Assembly (NCBI RefSeq): GCF_964204645.1
Contig: NC_134031.1
Span: 14,247,807-14,311,806 of the forward strand
DNA: 64,000 nucleotides
Direction: 5' to 3'
From: Tubulanus polymorphus
Lineage: Eukaryota > Animalia > Nemertea
Shown here: positions 37,706 to 50,914 of the stretch, one piece after another
Layout: each line of letters opens with the position of its first letter
How positions within the stretch are numbered: position 1 is the first letter of the stretch
The notes under the pieces: generated by a model
What the model was told of the DNA's origin: nothing
The model's database searches: none
What the model saw: only the letters and a program-made list of their open reading frames with translations
Made by a program: the position numbers and the translations under genes

Positions 37706-40700
37706 GGTTTAGGTAGTGCAGCCTCGGAGTAATACGATTAGGGTTACTGGCGAACAATACTGCTGTGGCTGGAACTGCTCGTTTTTTGTATGTTCTCTGT
37801 GGCTTTGACCGGAAGACATTTTGTTTTCCACTCATAGTTTTAGTTAATGAAACTACGTGATGTCACAACACAATTAATGTGTCGATATTGACTACTTTCA
37901 AATATCATCGACTTCCTATTCATCAAAGAATTGTGGAAAGGACCCAATTTCACAAACTTCGAGGTGAATGAGACTGGAGCGACAGAGCTTCGAAAAATGA
38001 TGTCGATCTTTTGCAGACTGACGTAAATAAATCCAACCTCGTGAGATTCGCGAGCGTAAAAATCATCACCGAAATTGATCGTGAGTTTACGACGATCCGA
38101 GCGAATGAAAGATAATTCCGCTCTTGATATTCTATTGGTCAACACGTCATCAGAAATATCGAAGTCTCTCTCTCTCCCACCGGGAGGGAGGCACTATGGG
38201 ATGGGGGAGAGGGGAAAGGGGAGAGGGGAGAAGGGAGAGGGAGAAGGGAGAGGGAGAAGGGAGAGGGGAGAGGTGTCATGTGGTCTAAGGCACCATCTTT
38301 ATTGGCAGACTAGAATCGTCGACATATTCAAGTGGTCGCCGATGTCGAAGGAAGTTTATTATAACTTTAAAGAACTTGCAACCGTTTAGGTGGTAATTGA
38401 GAAAAATCGTGACTTAGTAAGCATTTGAAACTATTACGGCCCTCATTGCTAATCAAACCCTCGGACACGGGGATTAGTGACTTAAAAAGTTAACGGTACT
38501 GTAACAACAGCAAACAGAGTTAATCAGATATAACAAACAATGACATGAGGTATACACATTACATATATATGAGCACTGTCTTCTGCATTAAATCAGGGGG
38601 AAGAAGACATTTGTCGCGCGTTAATTGAATCGAGCAAAACTCGACTCTCAACACAAGCGATGCATGAAAATAAATATAAGTGATATTGATACAGCGAACT
38701 GTCATGTAAATAGTCTGCGCATAAACCTTTTATCTTACATCGGAGCACGTATTGTCAATATCGAGTGTGCACTTTCTACCGGTGCACGTCATCACGGCAT
38801 CGACGGTTAACGAGGCCACTTTATAAATGATCGTGAAATTGTCAGTATCGAGACTGTTTAGGTAAAAAAATTGCGTTTTAACGATGAGAAGTTTAACATT
38901 GAAATTTTGCGTTATCGATTCGTGTAGTGTGCGCAATTGAGACTTAGTTTGATACCATCATGGACTCTAAAAATGAAAGGACGCGCGTAAAACGAAAAAG
39001 CCGCCTTCGCTATCTGCTATAGCGTCCGGGCTGTAACGGTTTTCTGCAGTTCTGAGCTACGTCATTAGTGTGACATCGTCTATCGGAGCTTCGTTTTAGA
39101 GTCGATGGTAAACTAACGAAGTATTAGGAGATCTGATTATCGATTGCCGAAACCCACAAAAATCAAGCATATTTTCTAATATTTTGTTCAATGTTCGCTT
39201 GAATACCTCACCGCTACGCGAACCGATCTATATTTGTTAATTTCAACAGACCGCGAATATCTCACAAATCTCGAATAATCTCGAATAATCTCGTGAGAGA
39301 TTGTTATCAATAAGCCGTCGATTTTCTCTATTGAAATGTATCGTATTCTGTCATCAGTAGTTATTTCATTCAATAATTGATTCGAGGAAGGATTTGATGA
39401 ATTTTCTTCTTCTTCAAGTGACGCTCGATATTCAGTCATCAGCCGAGATGCGACTCCGCAGTCCTCTCTCGTCTCGTCTGCGCTAGATACAGTTGAACCT
39501 CATTAACAGGATTCTGTTTAAGACGAAACCCGATTATTACGATGATTTTCAGCATGACCCAACTATATATAGATATTTATAAATCAAGTATAAGTTGTAT
39601 CAATCGGTTGACAGTAGACACCCTACCATACACACCAGTTATGGGCGATGACTCTATTGGACGGTTGTCAGTAGACACCGCACACACCAGTGTTATCTTA
39701 TGTTTATATATATATCTATTTTCTTTTGTTTCGGGGACATTTTTTACGGAATCAATTAGGCCTATTCCCTGGGCTCTTTGAGGTACGTCGAAATTCATTA
39801 TACTGGAATCAGCCTATCGACAGAATGATCCGTTCTTGATATTTTGTTACATAGTGACGTCAATTCGAACATGAACTTTCGTGGCGTTGATAGCAGTAAA
39901 ATCATCACACGGAGGAAAATTTTGCGGTGAATACACTTTAAATCTTATACATAACTGCCGTTTTGGTATTTAGAAACATTTATGTTATATATTATCCAAC
40001 TTATCCGCAACCTTATGATTATCCACGCAGTAAACAGTGAAAATTATGAATACGTCATACTTCAGCAAGACGTTTACTCTAAAACTCTCGATTGCTAACG
40101 GTCGTTTACTGTTAACACTGACCGAAGAACGCAACACGCGCACGCTGTATATGACGTATGACTTCGGCGATGGATATGTAATAATATAATGCCGTGTACT
40201 GAACTAACGCCCAAAATTTGCTCAATCTAAATCAAATTCAAATTCAATGAAAATGTCATTCGTTATGACGCCATTTTTTCATCGGTCCGGACATTTGACG
40301 GTGGCATTATATATAAAGCTGTTATACTGTAACAGTAAATGCCGATCTTTAAAACGACGCATTCTCTTGAACTTCGAAATTCGAAAACGTTTTTTCAAAA
40401 GAGACCTTGCCGCCGTGCGCTTTTACGAAGCGGCTAGCCCAATTATAACAGGGATTGATATAGTATATCATCGCAATTAACTGATTGGACGAGGTTATGT
40501 GATTGCGAACGATCTGTAAATTTTGAAGGCAGTGCAGCGACAAATCAGATAAATGGACGTGTTTCCCCTCAGTGGTAAAGATCGGGGCCTACAAGAGTCA
40601 AATCAGATAAATGGACATGTTTATTGGCACTTTGTATTAAACACAGTATGATTAAGCGTAGGCATTATACATGTGAAAAATGTATGGAGTATAAATAAGT

Positions 40701-41525
40701 GAATATTTCCGTGTCCGGTAATCGTCATATCATCCGGATAATGACAGAACTGGACTCATAGCTCTCATGTATGATTGAGTACTGGCCGTCGGGGTCAGAA
40801 CAGTGCGGTTTATTTCAGATTCATTGCAATCAACCCCATGGGGAGATAATGGCGATTGCTTATTGTCGGTTACTTTGTGAATGTCGTATATACAGCCGTT
40901 TAACTAATGCAGTTTACGCGTAACGAATTTTTTAGACGTATGTATTCTATCAAAGTCATATCATAACTGCAGCAATGATGAATAATTTGCGAATATTAAA
41001 ACCCAGGTGCAGTTCCAGATTTGTAGCACGTGTGCTACCGTCGCAATTACCCCGTCTTTTTGAAAAACAACCGCAATTTTTTAGGGATTTTTCATTTCTT
41101 TCACCCGCAGCCAATGGAGCAGACACATACAGCCTACACATTCTCTTGTACATGTAGGAATTGGGCCTTAACGCTTTATTGTCTTTAAAGCCCAGCGCAG
41201 GCGGAAAAACATTAGTTTCCTTAAAACAGAAAACACGCTTAAGCCCAACGCAAGGAAAAAACGTTTTCTTTTGTCAGCGATTTCTGTGCCTTAACACTTA
41301 CCATTCTCTTAACGTCACTTTAAGTGGCTAGAAAATGCACTGATATTTCAACATTTTCCAGACCCCGTTATGGCTTCGCGTGACTGACACTTACTCTGCG
41401 TGAACACTACTCCTGCCTTTTAACAGTAATGCTCTTTTAATTTCAATTGCTCCTAAAAATGTTTCCCCTAAATACCCAAGTCATTAACTTGGTGACCATT
41501 CAATAAATTGGTCGCCTCATGGTAT

Positions 41526-42279
41526 TGTTATGCGGCCCGAAGAAGGAACCGAAATATCGTGGGAGAGCGTATCCTTCCTCAGCTCCGCACAACGACACAA
41601 ATTGAATTTGACCCGAGACCAAAAATGAATAAACGACTAAGATGCAAATACTTCGAATATAAATACTCACAACTATTTATTATGTTACTTTCGTCTTTCC
41701 TATTTATCGACACCTTTTACAATTTCGGGTTCTAGTTCCTTCCCCTCTTGGTTTCCCAGGTGCTCTCCGACTAGTTCAGCTATGTCTCTTATTTTTATAC
41801 TATCCAAAATTTGGTTTCCAAGGGACTATTCTCGTGACCAACGCCACCGCATTTGGGGAGGGCCGACGACTAACCTCGGGACCTGATTCGCCCACCAGGC
41901 CCCCAAGAATTAATGTTCTTAGCAACCTGGTTAAGAAACAAGCCCGGAGTTGTCTCGGTTTCCAAACACGTAGACGTTGACACTTGACTAATCCCTTAGG
42001 ATTTTTCTATTGTCTTGAAAACTAACTCCAAAATATTTCTTATTAATCCGAGACATAAACTGAACTAGTAACAAAGGCAAACAACATTAAATGACCGCAA
42101 AGCCAAAACTTGCCCGTTTATGAATTCCTAGTAAACAATAACAAATCTACATTGAAAAACCCATTAGTAAAACATGCCCGTTCTGGATTTCCTAGTGAAT
42201 AGAGTTGTATGCATTGTGAACATACAACTGCTATTGAACTATGCATGTTTTATAAATATAAAAATTGGCTATCATAACA
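41526..42279 (-). repeat. 3' LTR
   Basis: TGTTATG...CATAACA; identical by eye to 47352-48105; G-rich PPT-like tract on the minus strand at ~42283-42294. Confidence 0.95.
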
Positions 42280-44220
42280 GTACCTCCAACCCAAATTCAA
42301 AGTGTCCCACTTTGTCACAAAAGTTCAGCAAGCATGGAGTAACAATGTTATGATTTCAAATCTGAAGCGTGACTCAATACAGTAATAATAAACCAAGGTG
42401 TCGACGATAACGTACATGACAATAAAATAATCACAACAAACACAGCAACAAGCAACATATTCATACATAGACAAAATGAAATCGTAGATAAATGAAACAA
42501 ATCGCAAACAATTAGAATGTAGCAAATAATCATTGGTCTGATAAATAAATAGAGTCACAAGCGCGCAATCAGCGAAACCCGATAAACCATTAGAGTCAGA
42601 AACGCAAACGTATCCGCGATTAATTCGAAACGCTATCAACGACACGCATTGACCACAACAACGCAACGTTAAACATCAAAGTCCGCAACATTACGAAAAA
42701 GAGTTCGTACGAGTTACCACCGCATCGGCACTACAAAATACTTCTTTTGTTGAATACGAATCGCTTCCATATTTTTCTGCAAAACAGTTCATCACGAATA
42801 ATACATTGTGAATGTCCATCACCGCATTGCACTTCCACCATCAACCTGACTCGGCGATCAATAGGCGCAATTTTCGGTCAGGCGGGCGCACCAGCCATTA
42901 AACTGTCAGGCGTCGGGAATTTACATCAGCCATCGTCTTCTTGATCAGCATGTGGACTGAGAACCTTCATAAAAGTGTGGAGTTAATGGATTGGTAACGA
43001 TAGAGTCTATACGTACATTGTATTTGCGGAAATTTTGAGTTTAAACGTGCGAAGAAGTGAGCAATAAACATGAGTTGACCCGCGTACGTCCCTAGAAACA
43101 GTGTCGCATACTATTTCCAAACAATAGCGAGTCCATCCGGCGCGAGTTTAAAAGAACGTCGCGAAACAAGTTCGAACACTTCGTCGGAGAACGGATATAA
43201 GAGCGCATCGTTATTCTTCACCAACATCCCTCACGGAGGAAATATGTTCACCAACACGCGTAACGGAGGAACTATTGAGAACGGTAAGCCAAAAGCTCTC
43301 TATTACCTATATCAGATACTAAACCTACAACTCAAACATAGCACAAGTAATCACAGCAAACAATTTGGTTTTCTTTCAACTATCCAATATAAAAATCATT
43401 AACTCATTTAAAATATCCCCATTATACTTATCAAGAATTTCCATGTACCGAAAGCATAGTACGTATTGCCAACCACTCCATTCATGAATTACGAAGAACA
43501 TCTTTTGTTTATCTTACGGATAATGAGATAATGTTTCCCATCATTCGCTCAACCAACATATTATTGTGTAACACATCCTTTTTGAACAATATATTTTCTC
43601 CTAACATAGTTCGTTTGAATATCATTCCATTTCCCTAGCAAGAGAGTTTTTTTTTTTTTTTTAACATAATAATAGCATAGTCTTCCACAATTAATTTAAT
43701 CAATTTAACCTCAAAATATTATCAACTTGTATGCAATTACATCTTATTTTTATGCATTTCCAGCTCAACGAATCTACGTCGGCTGCATCGGCCTTTCCAA
43801 CAATCGTATCATTTACCAACACCGGGTATCCACATTTCCAGTAAGTGATTTCATTAAAATACCTGTTAAGAACGCGTTTAATACTCAATTGTCATGGGTT
43901 AAGGAAACAATTCAAGCCATAGTGTGTGTTAGCCATTAAAAAAAAAAATCCATTCTCATTTCAGCGATAGAATTGGCAGCGAAATGTTGAATTATCTGTT
44001 ATTGTTATTGTCATCAGTAGGCGAAATAAAGAAATGGTTACATCCAAGCGACCTGTGTTTACGTTAGTTCATTGCTAAATTAAAAATGTGACCGCGAAAA
44101 AAATGAAACGATCTCAATCAATCATAAGCTTCAAAATAATCATTCAATTATTTCGAATCAAAATTTATCCATTAAGAAATGTCTCGTCGCTCGTCACTTA
44201 AAAATAGTCGTCATCTTTTG

Positions 44221-45219
44221 TCAGGCAGAGTTTTCTTCCTCAACTTTCAGTAACTCTAACCTGTCGAACCTTTTACCGATTATTCTTCCACAACGATTTT
44301 CGGGAGGGCGTACCCGATGATACAGCCTCCATTCCCGGAACAGTGGCGATTCCGGATTCGCATGATCTAATCTATGTGGCCCTAAATATGACCTTTCGTG
44401 AATATTAACGAACCGTGGTGTGAGATTAGTAGAACTTGCGTGAATATTAATCGATGAAATTGATATTGCAGCCGTGGCACCCACGACTTTCCTTTCACGT
44501 AACTGGTGTGAAAATTCATATACAGCCTTTTTGCTGTTAATTTTTCCGACTAGGGCCTGTGAACAATGTGCATCGACAATCTTTTCAGAAATAGGTGGAA
44601 TAATTGGATTGGTCGTGCTTTGAACCGAAGTTGTTTTATTTAAATCTATCTTGTTAGTAAAATGAATTGGACTTGCTCCCGGTAGCTTGAGAAAATTCGA
44701 TCCGTAATTAATACTTGCGTTGTTAGAGCGCAAAAAGTCGGAACCTAAAATAATATGAGTATCGATTCCTGGGACCAAGTACATAGCGTGACGAACGTCA
44801 TACTCACCAATTTTAAAATTTGTGGGCACAACGCCTTTCAACTCAAATGTCTTACCATCCACCGCTCTTGCCTCCATGAACTGACCCTGTGTCACGGGAC
44901 CCACGGCTATTGATGGGTTTTGGCGATACCAGGCCTCATTCAGGACGCTTATTTCAGCACCGGTATCGACCAAAACGGACAATGTATTTCCCGCATGGGT
45001 ACCCGTTACACGGTTAGCCACGGATGCAAGAATAGGTGGCGTGTAATGCTTGTCGCCAGACGTCCTTTGTTTGTCGAAACCTCTAGTCGGCAACGGACGG
45101 TCTATCTCCTTGTCTGTCGGAATACGTCCTCTCAGTGACCCTTGAGGGTCCCTCACTCTCTCCTCAGGCAAAGGCTGGGTGAATTGTCGTTCGATGGTGA
45201 CTGGGTGTGTGCGTGGCAT
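44221..45219 (-). CDS. pol: Retropepsin-type aspartic protease (truncated pol; -1 frame relative to gag)
   Basis: VLVDTGAEISVL and IILGSDFL motifs; the frame is open back to the slippery site at 45342 and ends before any RT domain. Confidence 0.9.
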   Translation of the reverse strand: MPRTHPVTIERQFTQPLPEERVRDPQGSLRGRIPTDKEIDRPLPTRGFDKQRTSGDKHYTPPILASVANRVTGTHAGNTLSVLVDTGAEISVLNEAWYRQNPSIAVGPVTQGQFMEARAVDGKTFELKGVVPTNFKIGEYDVRHAMYLVPGIDTHIILGSDFLRSNNASINYGSNFLKLPGASPIHFTNKIDLNKTTSVQSTTNPIIPPISEKIVDAHCSQALVGKINSKKAVYEFSHQLRERKVVGATAAISISSINIHASSTNLTPRFVNIHERSYLGPHRLDHANPESPLFREWRLYHRVRPPENRCGRIIGKRFDRLELLKVEEENSA

Positions 45220-45233
45220 GTCTTGGGGTGTTC

Positions 45234-46478
45234 TTAATAGAGCTCGTTGGTCTCGTAGGGATACATTGGATGGCCGGGGATAACTGGGTACATTGAGGCC
45301 GTCATCGCGCCATCCTGATGGTGACGACCGAAACCATTTCCCGGCTGCTGTTGATCACCCCTTTGACCTTGCATGGGTGGCAGCGGGTGTTGTGGCGGCG
45401 GATGTTGTGGCGACCGCGGGTATATCCTCCCCTCTTGTGGCTCTCTGTATCCGTACTGTCGACCCGTATCTGGCGTATATGGACAGAACTTCCCATAGTG
45501 ACCCGGTTGACGACACCTGAAACAATTATTGTGCCCCGCGAGATTTCTTTCCCTCCTAGCCGGGTAAGAACGTCGGGGCTCAAAGCGTGGGTTTTGGTCG
45601 TAACGAGGTCTCGCATCTTGCCATCGAGGGGCGCTGCGATTTCGACCTGGGGATTGTCGAGTGAACGTGTCCCCCCGTCGATCACCTCTCATAGGCCTCT
45701 GTGCTTGCCTCTCACCCCTGTCACTAGGCTCTCTCAGCCGTAAGAACTGAGAGAACATTCCTTTTATCTCCTCCATGGTCTTGAGGAGTGACGCATCAGT
45801 TGGGGAGGTCTGGTTCACTGTCGGTTTCGTCAGATCTCGATCAGTCCACTGCTCGGCAGTCCTCGCGTGCTCGACTGCCATTGAAAACGTGTCGGGCCTC
45901 ATCATCATCACGTCCTTCCTGATCGCATTGTCCAGCCCGTTGAGAAAGACGACCAATTTGTCTCGGTCCGATTTTTGTAATTTGTGAGCCAGTCGGTCCA
46001 CTCGCTCCGAATAATCATCGACTGACTCCCCTTTCTTCTGCCGAAGTCCGGAGAAGTCAGTCTCCTCTCGGAGTCGCAGACTGTCCGACTCAAAGTGGTC
46101 CCTAAAAGAATTGACAATACTAGCAAATTTTGTAGATCGATCTATGACTAAATCGTCATAGAACCGTCTAGCCGGACCCTCTAAATATTGGAACATGAAA
46201 TTTTTACATTGGTCGTCCGTCCAACCTCTCGCTTTAGCTACATTGTCATACGTTCGCAACCATTGCGAAAAGTCACTCCCGTTTGGTCTACCTGAAAATT
46301 TCGGGATGGAAACCACATCCCCAAGGTTTGTCGAACTACCTAGTCGTTCGGCGATCAGGAGGAGTATATCTCGTTCTGACATGCTCGTCCCCGTCGACGA
46401 ACCAGCCCCCGCTGTCGGACTCTGCGGGTCGTCAATATCCTCATGAGCCGTCTGACTCCTAGTACTCGGTGGCGGCAT
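45234..46478 (-). CDS. gag: Gag (retrotransposon capsid plus CCHC zinc knuckle)
   Basis: IPKFSG...WL..Y, YLEGPARRFY, LRQKKGESVDDY, FLNGL and CFRCRQPGHYGKFC motifs. Confidence 0.93.
   Translation of the reverse strand: MPPPSTRSQTAHEDIDDPQSPTAGAGSSTGTSMSERDILLLIAERLGSSTNLGDVVSIPKFSGRPNGSDFSQWLRTYDNVAKARGWTDDQCKNFMFQYLEGPARRFYDDLVIDRSTKFASIVNSFRDHFESDSLRLREETDFSGLRQKKGESVDDYSERVDRLAHKLQKSDRDKLVVFLNGLDNAIRKDVMMMRPDTFSMAVEHARTAEQWTDRDLTKPTVNQTSPTDASLLKTMEEIKGMFSQFLRLREPSDRGERQAQRPMRGDRRGDTFTRQSPGRNRSAPRWQDARPRYDQNPRFEPRRSYPARRERNLAGHNNCFRCRQPGHYGKFCPYTPDTGRQYGYREPQEGRIYPRSPQHPPPQHPLPPMQGQRGDQQQPGNGFGRHHQDGAMTASMYPVIPGHPMYPYETNELY
45295..45342 (-). promoter_or_regulatory. Predicted -1 ribosomal frameshift signal
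   Basis: G GGA AAU heptamer (45342-45336) in gag phase, followed after ~6 nt by the stem-loop GGUCGUCA-CCAU..AUGG..UGACGGCC. Confidence 0.7.
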
Positions 46479-47329
46479 ATTGAATTATAAATTAACTCGG
46501 AGAAAAGAAAGTATAAAAAAACAGAGTAAAACAGAATATTAAAACAGAGCGTTCCTAAAAATGACCGCAACGCTAATAGTGGCTGCAATTCAAAATCTAT
46601 GCAATTACAGTTTCGACACAGATTCTTATAAACCTTTCTATAAACCTATTATCCCCAATATGGGATCGATATCTACACTATCGTAAATTATTTCGCGTAG
46701 CTTTACTACCGAAAATACTATATCTTAATCTATAATTCAGTACTGATATCAGTTATCAACACAATACCCTCAATATCGGAAACAAAATCAGCGATATTGG
46801 ATTTCATTTAAATCATATACCTTCTCCTCAGTATCGGAACTTCCCGTCAATACTGGAATATCACCATCAATATTGGAATATCACATCAACATTGGAATCT
46901 ATCGTTAACTATTTAATTATTCCAAAATACTGGAATTTTCCATCAGCATCGGAACATTAGCTTGACTGTTCAACTCTTCGTACTACCTAAACCTTTTATT
47001 AACAAAATACTCAGTACTGAGCGACAACCTCGGTGACATATATCAAAATATCATCACAATAGGTAACTATATGTATTTTTAAAAACCTTCTATTGCGGTG
47101 CATATAGCTACCCATATCAATAAGAAATAAACTAAAAAATAATTTATATTAAACCAGTAGTAATTAGAATTCAATTCCTAATTAAATCATCAATTAAAAT
47201 AATAAATCGCTATACCATAATCACTGATTAATCAAAATACTCATTCTCTAATAAACAATTAACCATTCTGTAAACTTTAAGTAAATAATCTTATCTAACT
47301 ATCTGACTGAATAAAAAAATAACTAAAGG

Positions 47330-47347
47330 TCCCGGGTTTCGGCACCA
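47330..47347 (-). promoter_or_regulatory. Primer binding site, tRNA-Phe
   Basis: TGGTGCCGAAACCCGGGA, 4 nt inside the 5' LTR boundary, is complementary to the metazoan tRNA-Phe(GAA) 3' end ...TCCCGGGTTTCGGCACCA. Confidence 0.9.
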
Positions 47348-47351
47348 AATC

Positions 47352-48105
47352 TGTTATGCGGCCCGAAGAAGGAACCGAAATATCGTGGGAGAGCGTATCC
47401 TTCCTCAGCTCCGCACAACGACACAAATTGAATTTGACCCGAGACCAAAAATGAATAAACGACTAAGATGCAAATACTTCGAATATAAATACTCACAACT
47501 ATTTATTATGTTACTTTCGTCTTTCCTATTTATCGACACCTTTTACAATTTCGGGTTCTAGTTCCTTCCCCTCTTGGTTTCCCAGGTGCTCTCCGACTAG
47601 TTCAGCTATGTCTCTTATTTTTATACTATCCAAAATTTGGTTTCCAAGGGACTATTCTCGTGACCAACGCCACCGCATTTGGGGAGGGCCGACGACTAAC
47701 CTCGGGACCTGATTCGCCCACCAGGCCCCCAAGAATTAATGTTCTTAGCAACCTGGTTAAGAAACAAGCCCGGAGTTGTCTCGGTTTCCAAACACGTAGA
47801 CGTTGACACTTGACTAATCCCTTAGGATTTTTCTATTGTCTTGAAAACTAACTCCAAAATATTTCTTATTAATCCGAGACATAAACTGAACTAGTAACAA
47901 AGGCAAACAACATTAAATGACCGCAAAGCCAAAACTTGCCCGTTTATGAATTCCTAGTAAACAATAACAAATCTACATTGAAAAACCCATTAGTAAAACA
48001 TGCCCGTTCTGGATTTCCTAGTGAATAGAGTTGTATGCATTGTGAACATACAACTGCTATTGAACTATGCATGTTTTATAAATATAAAAATTGGCTATCA
48101 TAACA
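47352..48105 (-). repeat. 5' LTR
   Basis: Direct repeat of 41526-42279, adjacent to the PBS. Confidence 0.95.
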
Positions 48106-50914
48106 GTATCATCAACTATCCAAGGCAACGTTGGTATTTTGGATGCCTCCAGAAAAAATGAAATGCACGACCGCCTCCATCACGCATCCACGCCGTGACA
48201 TTCTAAAAATATCTAATATGGCGAAAATTTCGATGGCCTTAAAAACCATCGAGTGACACAATCACATGGATATTGATATAGACGATCCTTTCCGAAACAA
48301 TGGCCGCTTTCCCCCTATGACATCATACAAAATTACGAGAATCGGTGTATTTTTCAGATCAGAAGGTAAATATAGTTTACTGCCGTTTTTTGCATATCAA
48401 CGATTTTTAAACTTTTAACGGTACGGCAAATTTCTGTCTCGATGAAATATTAGAAACGGCTCGGTTTTCAGAATTGTCAAAAGAGCAGTTCTATTTTTCC
48501 CAAATCTGTGAGATACAGTATTCTGATATATTTACCGGGGTTGTCTGATGGTCTTACAGCAAAAAAAGATGTCAACTGCATTGTGTGCTAGTTTCCTTTT
48601 GTTATTTCTCTCAAAAACCAATAAAACCTGTCCGCCTGGTGGAAGCGGCAGTTGTTGCTTCTGATAAAATGTGCTTTGAATATTGTTTTAGCAAGACTAG
48701 AAATGAAATGGGGCGATTATCATAGCATTCAATATTGTATTCAATTTTCTTTGGCACCTAGTTGAAAGTTACAACTTCAGAACATTTGACGTTTGAATTG
48801 CGTAGGTTTCGTTTAGAGATGTATCACTTCTACTTGTGGAAAATACGGATGATTCTTCCATCACGGTATAGAACTAATTAGAACGAAATCAACCCCGAGG
48901 TTTTAACTCAAGTTTGAAACAAGCTAAAAAGTAACCACTGCAGTATATTTTGAAGTTTGAAAGTTTGAATTACGGATAACGGGTAGATTTTAAAATGGGC
49001 AGGCCCTCCGTTGTTAGATAGAACCAATTAGAATCTAAAAAAAAAAACGATGTAGACCCATGTTTGAGAAAAAACTTAAAGTTTTGACGGAGTGTCCCGT
49101 TTGAAAACGTATCTCTTAATGCGAACTATCGGTACCCAATTATGGAATAGAACTAACCAGAACATAATTACAAGTCTAGACTCTAATTGAGACTAACCAA
49201 AAAGGTAAATCTAGCTAGATCAAACCTCCATAAATAAATCAGACAATTACTTTAATTCTTGCCACTTGTTATATACATTCTACTTTTTGCAACCGGGATA
49301 AGATGTCTATTATCATTCTCGGAATTTGTCCGGGGTGTTTTTGATTCAAGCAACGGGGAATGAGCTGAATGGTAAAATGGAAGGTTTCTCTGTATCATCT
49401 TACTTGTTGACCAACAGCAATTTCCGTTCCCATTTTCCACAGAAAAAAAAACTTTTTCAAAACTGAAAGACTTGTAGTGCTTCTCTCTCGTAGGATTAGA
49501 AAGATAAGATTAGAAAGATAACCTCGAAACAGTTACTTAACTGGTACAATGGACGAATCTACGAAATTAGGTCTCTTTACCGTCGAGTCTCAACCAGGTT
49601 TGAAAATAAATCAAATAACCATTCATTAAGTAGCGATTTTTTATTCCATAAGTATGAAAAACACGTCTGAGATTTTCGGGGCTATTTTCATGTTGAAAGA
49701 GGGCTATTTTCCCATCTCTCTACGAAAACTACTACAAACTCAAAGTACTTCGTCTGAGTATCAGTTTTATTTATATTGAATAAGCAACTTATAAAAAATT
49801 TTGTTCCTTCCATTAGGACGAAAGATCTTTAAATAAAACCACTTGACGTCTGATCTTCAAGCAGTCGGTTATTGAACCATCGACAAACAACTATACGGGA
49901 CTCCTCTACATAGACATGTAATGAGTTCAACAAAGAGGTTTCCAGTTTCTAGGCGCCACTGCTGCGATCCCTCGAAGTGCCCATTGTAGCGATAATTTTC
50001 ACTATTCTCTGCAGTCACAGGCTTTGATTTCTACATCATTATAAAGGAAATGAAATGCAGAATTTGCTGGAGACTCCGAGACCCACAGTTCGGGTATTTC
50101 AGAATAACTATCCTTCATACGCTGACGTGAGGGATCTGGCACTATCACGCAGTGGTGATACATTATATCTATATAGATTGAATTTCAGAAGAATTTTGCT
50201 TTAAAGTTTTCACTCATGGAAAACATCTCGGCCAAATATGCAGAAAGGTTTAAGCTAATTCTGGCTCTTGGATATCTGATATCGGCGAAACTTTGAAAAT
50301 GTTTTTGAATTCATTTGTATCCGGATTTAGAATTCAACCGCGCATCGGGAACCGAATCTGAAAAGTCTGCTTATAATCCTGGATTAGAATCCGGGATTGA
50401 AATAACCGAGGGATGGATGGTGTTATCAATAGCGCTGATAAAGCCATTTGGATTAGAATATTTTCTCTGGTTACAAATCGAAGTTGTAGGGGTTTTAACG
50501 CTCGCGAGGTAACATTGATAATTCTAGAAAATCATAAATCGTAAAAAATGCGCTAAGATTCGCGAAAAAGTTAAGCCTAAGAGGGTTGAGTTTCCTCATC
50601 GAAAACACTGATTACAGTTAAGAAACAAGAATGTTACACGAAACGATTTCTTTAATCCGTTGAAGAATATTTTAAAGTTTTTTTTCACGAATTTCGTGAC
50701 CAAGTTAATCCTCAATAAACCCGTGAAATAATCCCAAAAGTTCCCAGCTAACCCCATGTGTTGAATCGGGATTATACTTTCTAACTAGTTTCAAAACGTT
50801 TAAATGCGTTCTGCTGATCGATGTCATAATTCCAATGCGTGAAACCATTAAGACTCGTTGGACTTGCACAAACCCTCGAAATTGGTGCCGCCCATGAAAA
50901 TCCTGCACCCCAAA

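Larger units (their letters stand above)
41526..48105 (-). mobile_element. Ty3/Gypsy-type LTR retrotransposon, non-autonomous (gag-pro only)
   Basis: Two 754-bp TG..CA LTRs, 4-bp TSD GTAT (41522-41525 / 48106-48109), PBS, gag and protease ORFs; no RT, RNase H or integrase ORF. Confidence 0.95.

Noticed and set aside
39188-39439. 83-aa acidic ORF as a possible first exon
   Set aside because: No recognisable domain and no convincing splice partner.
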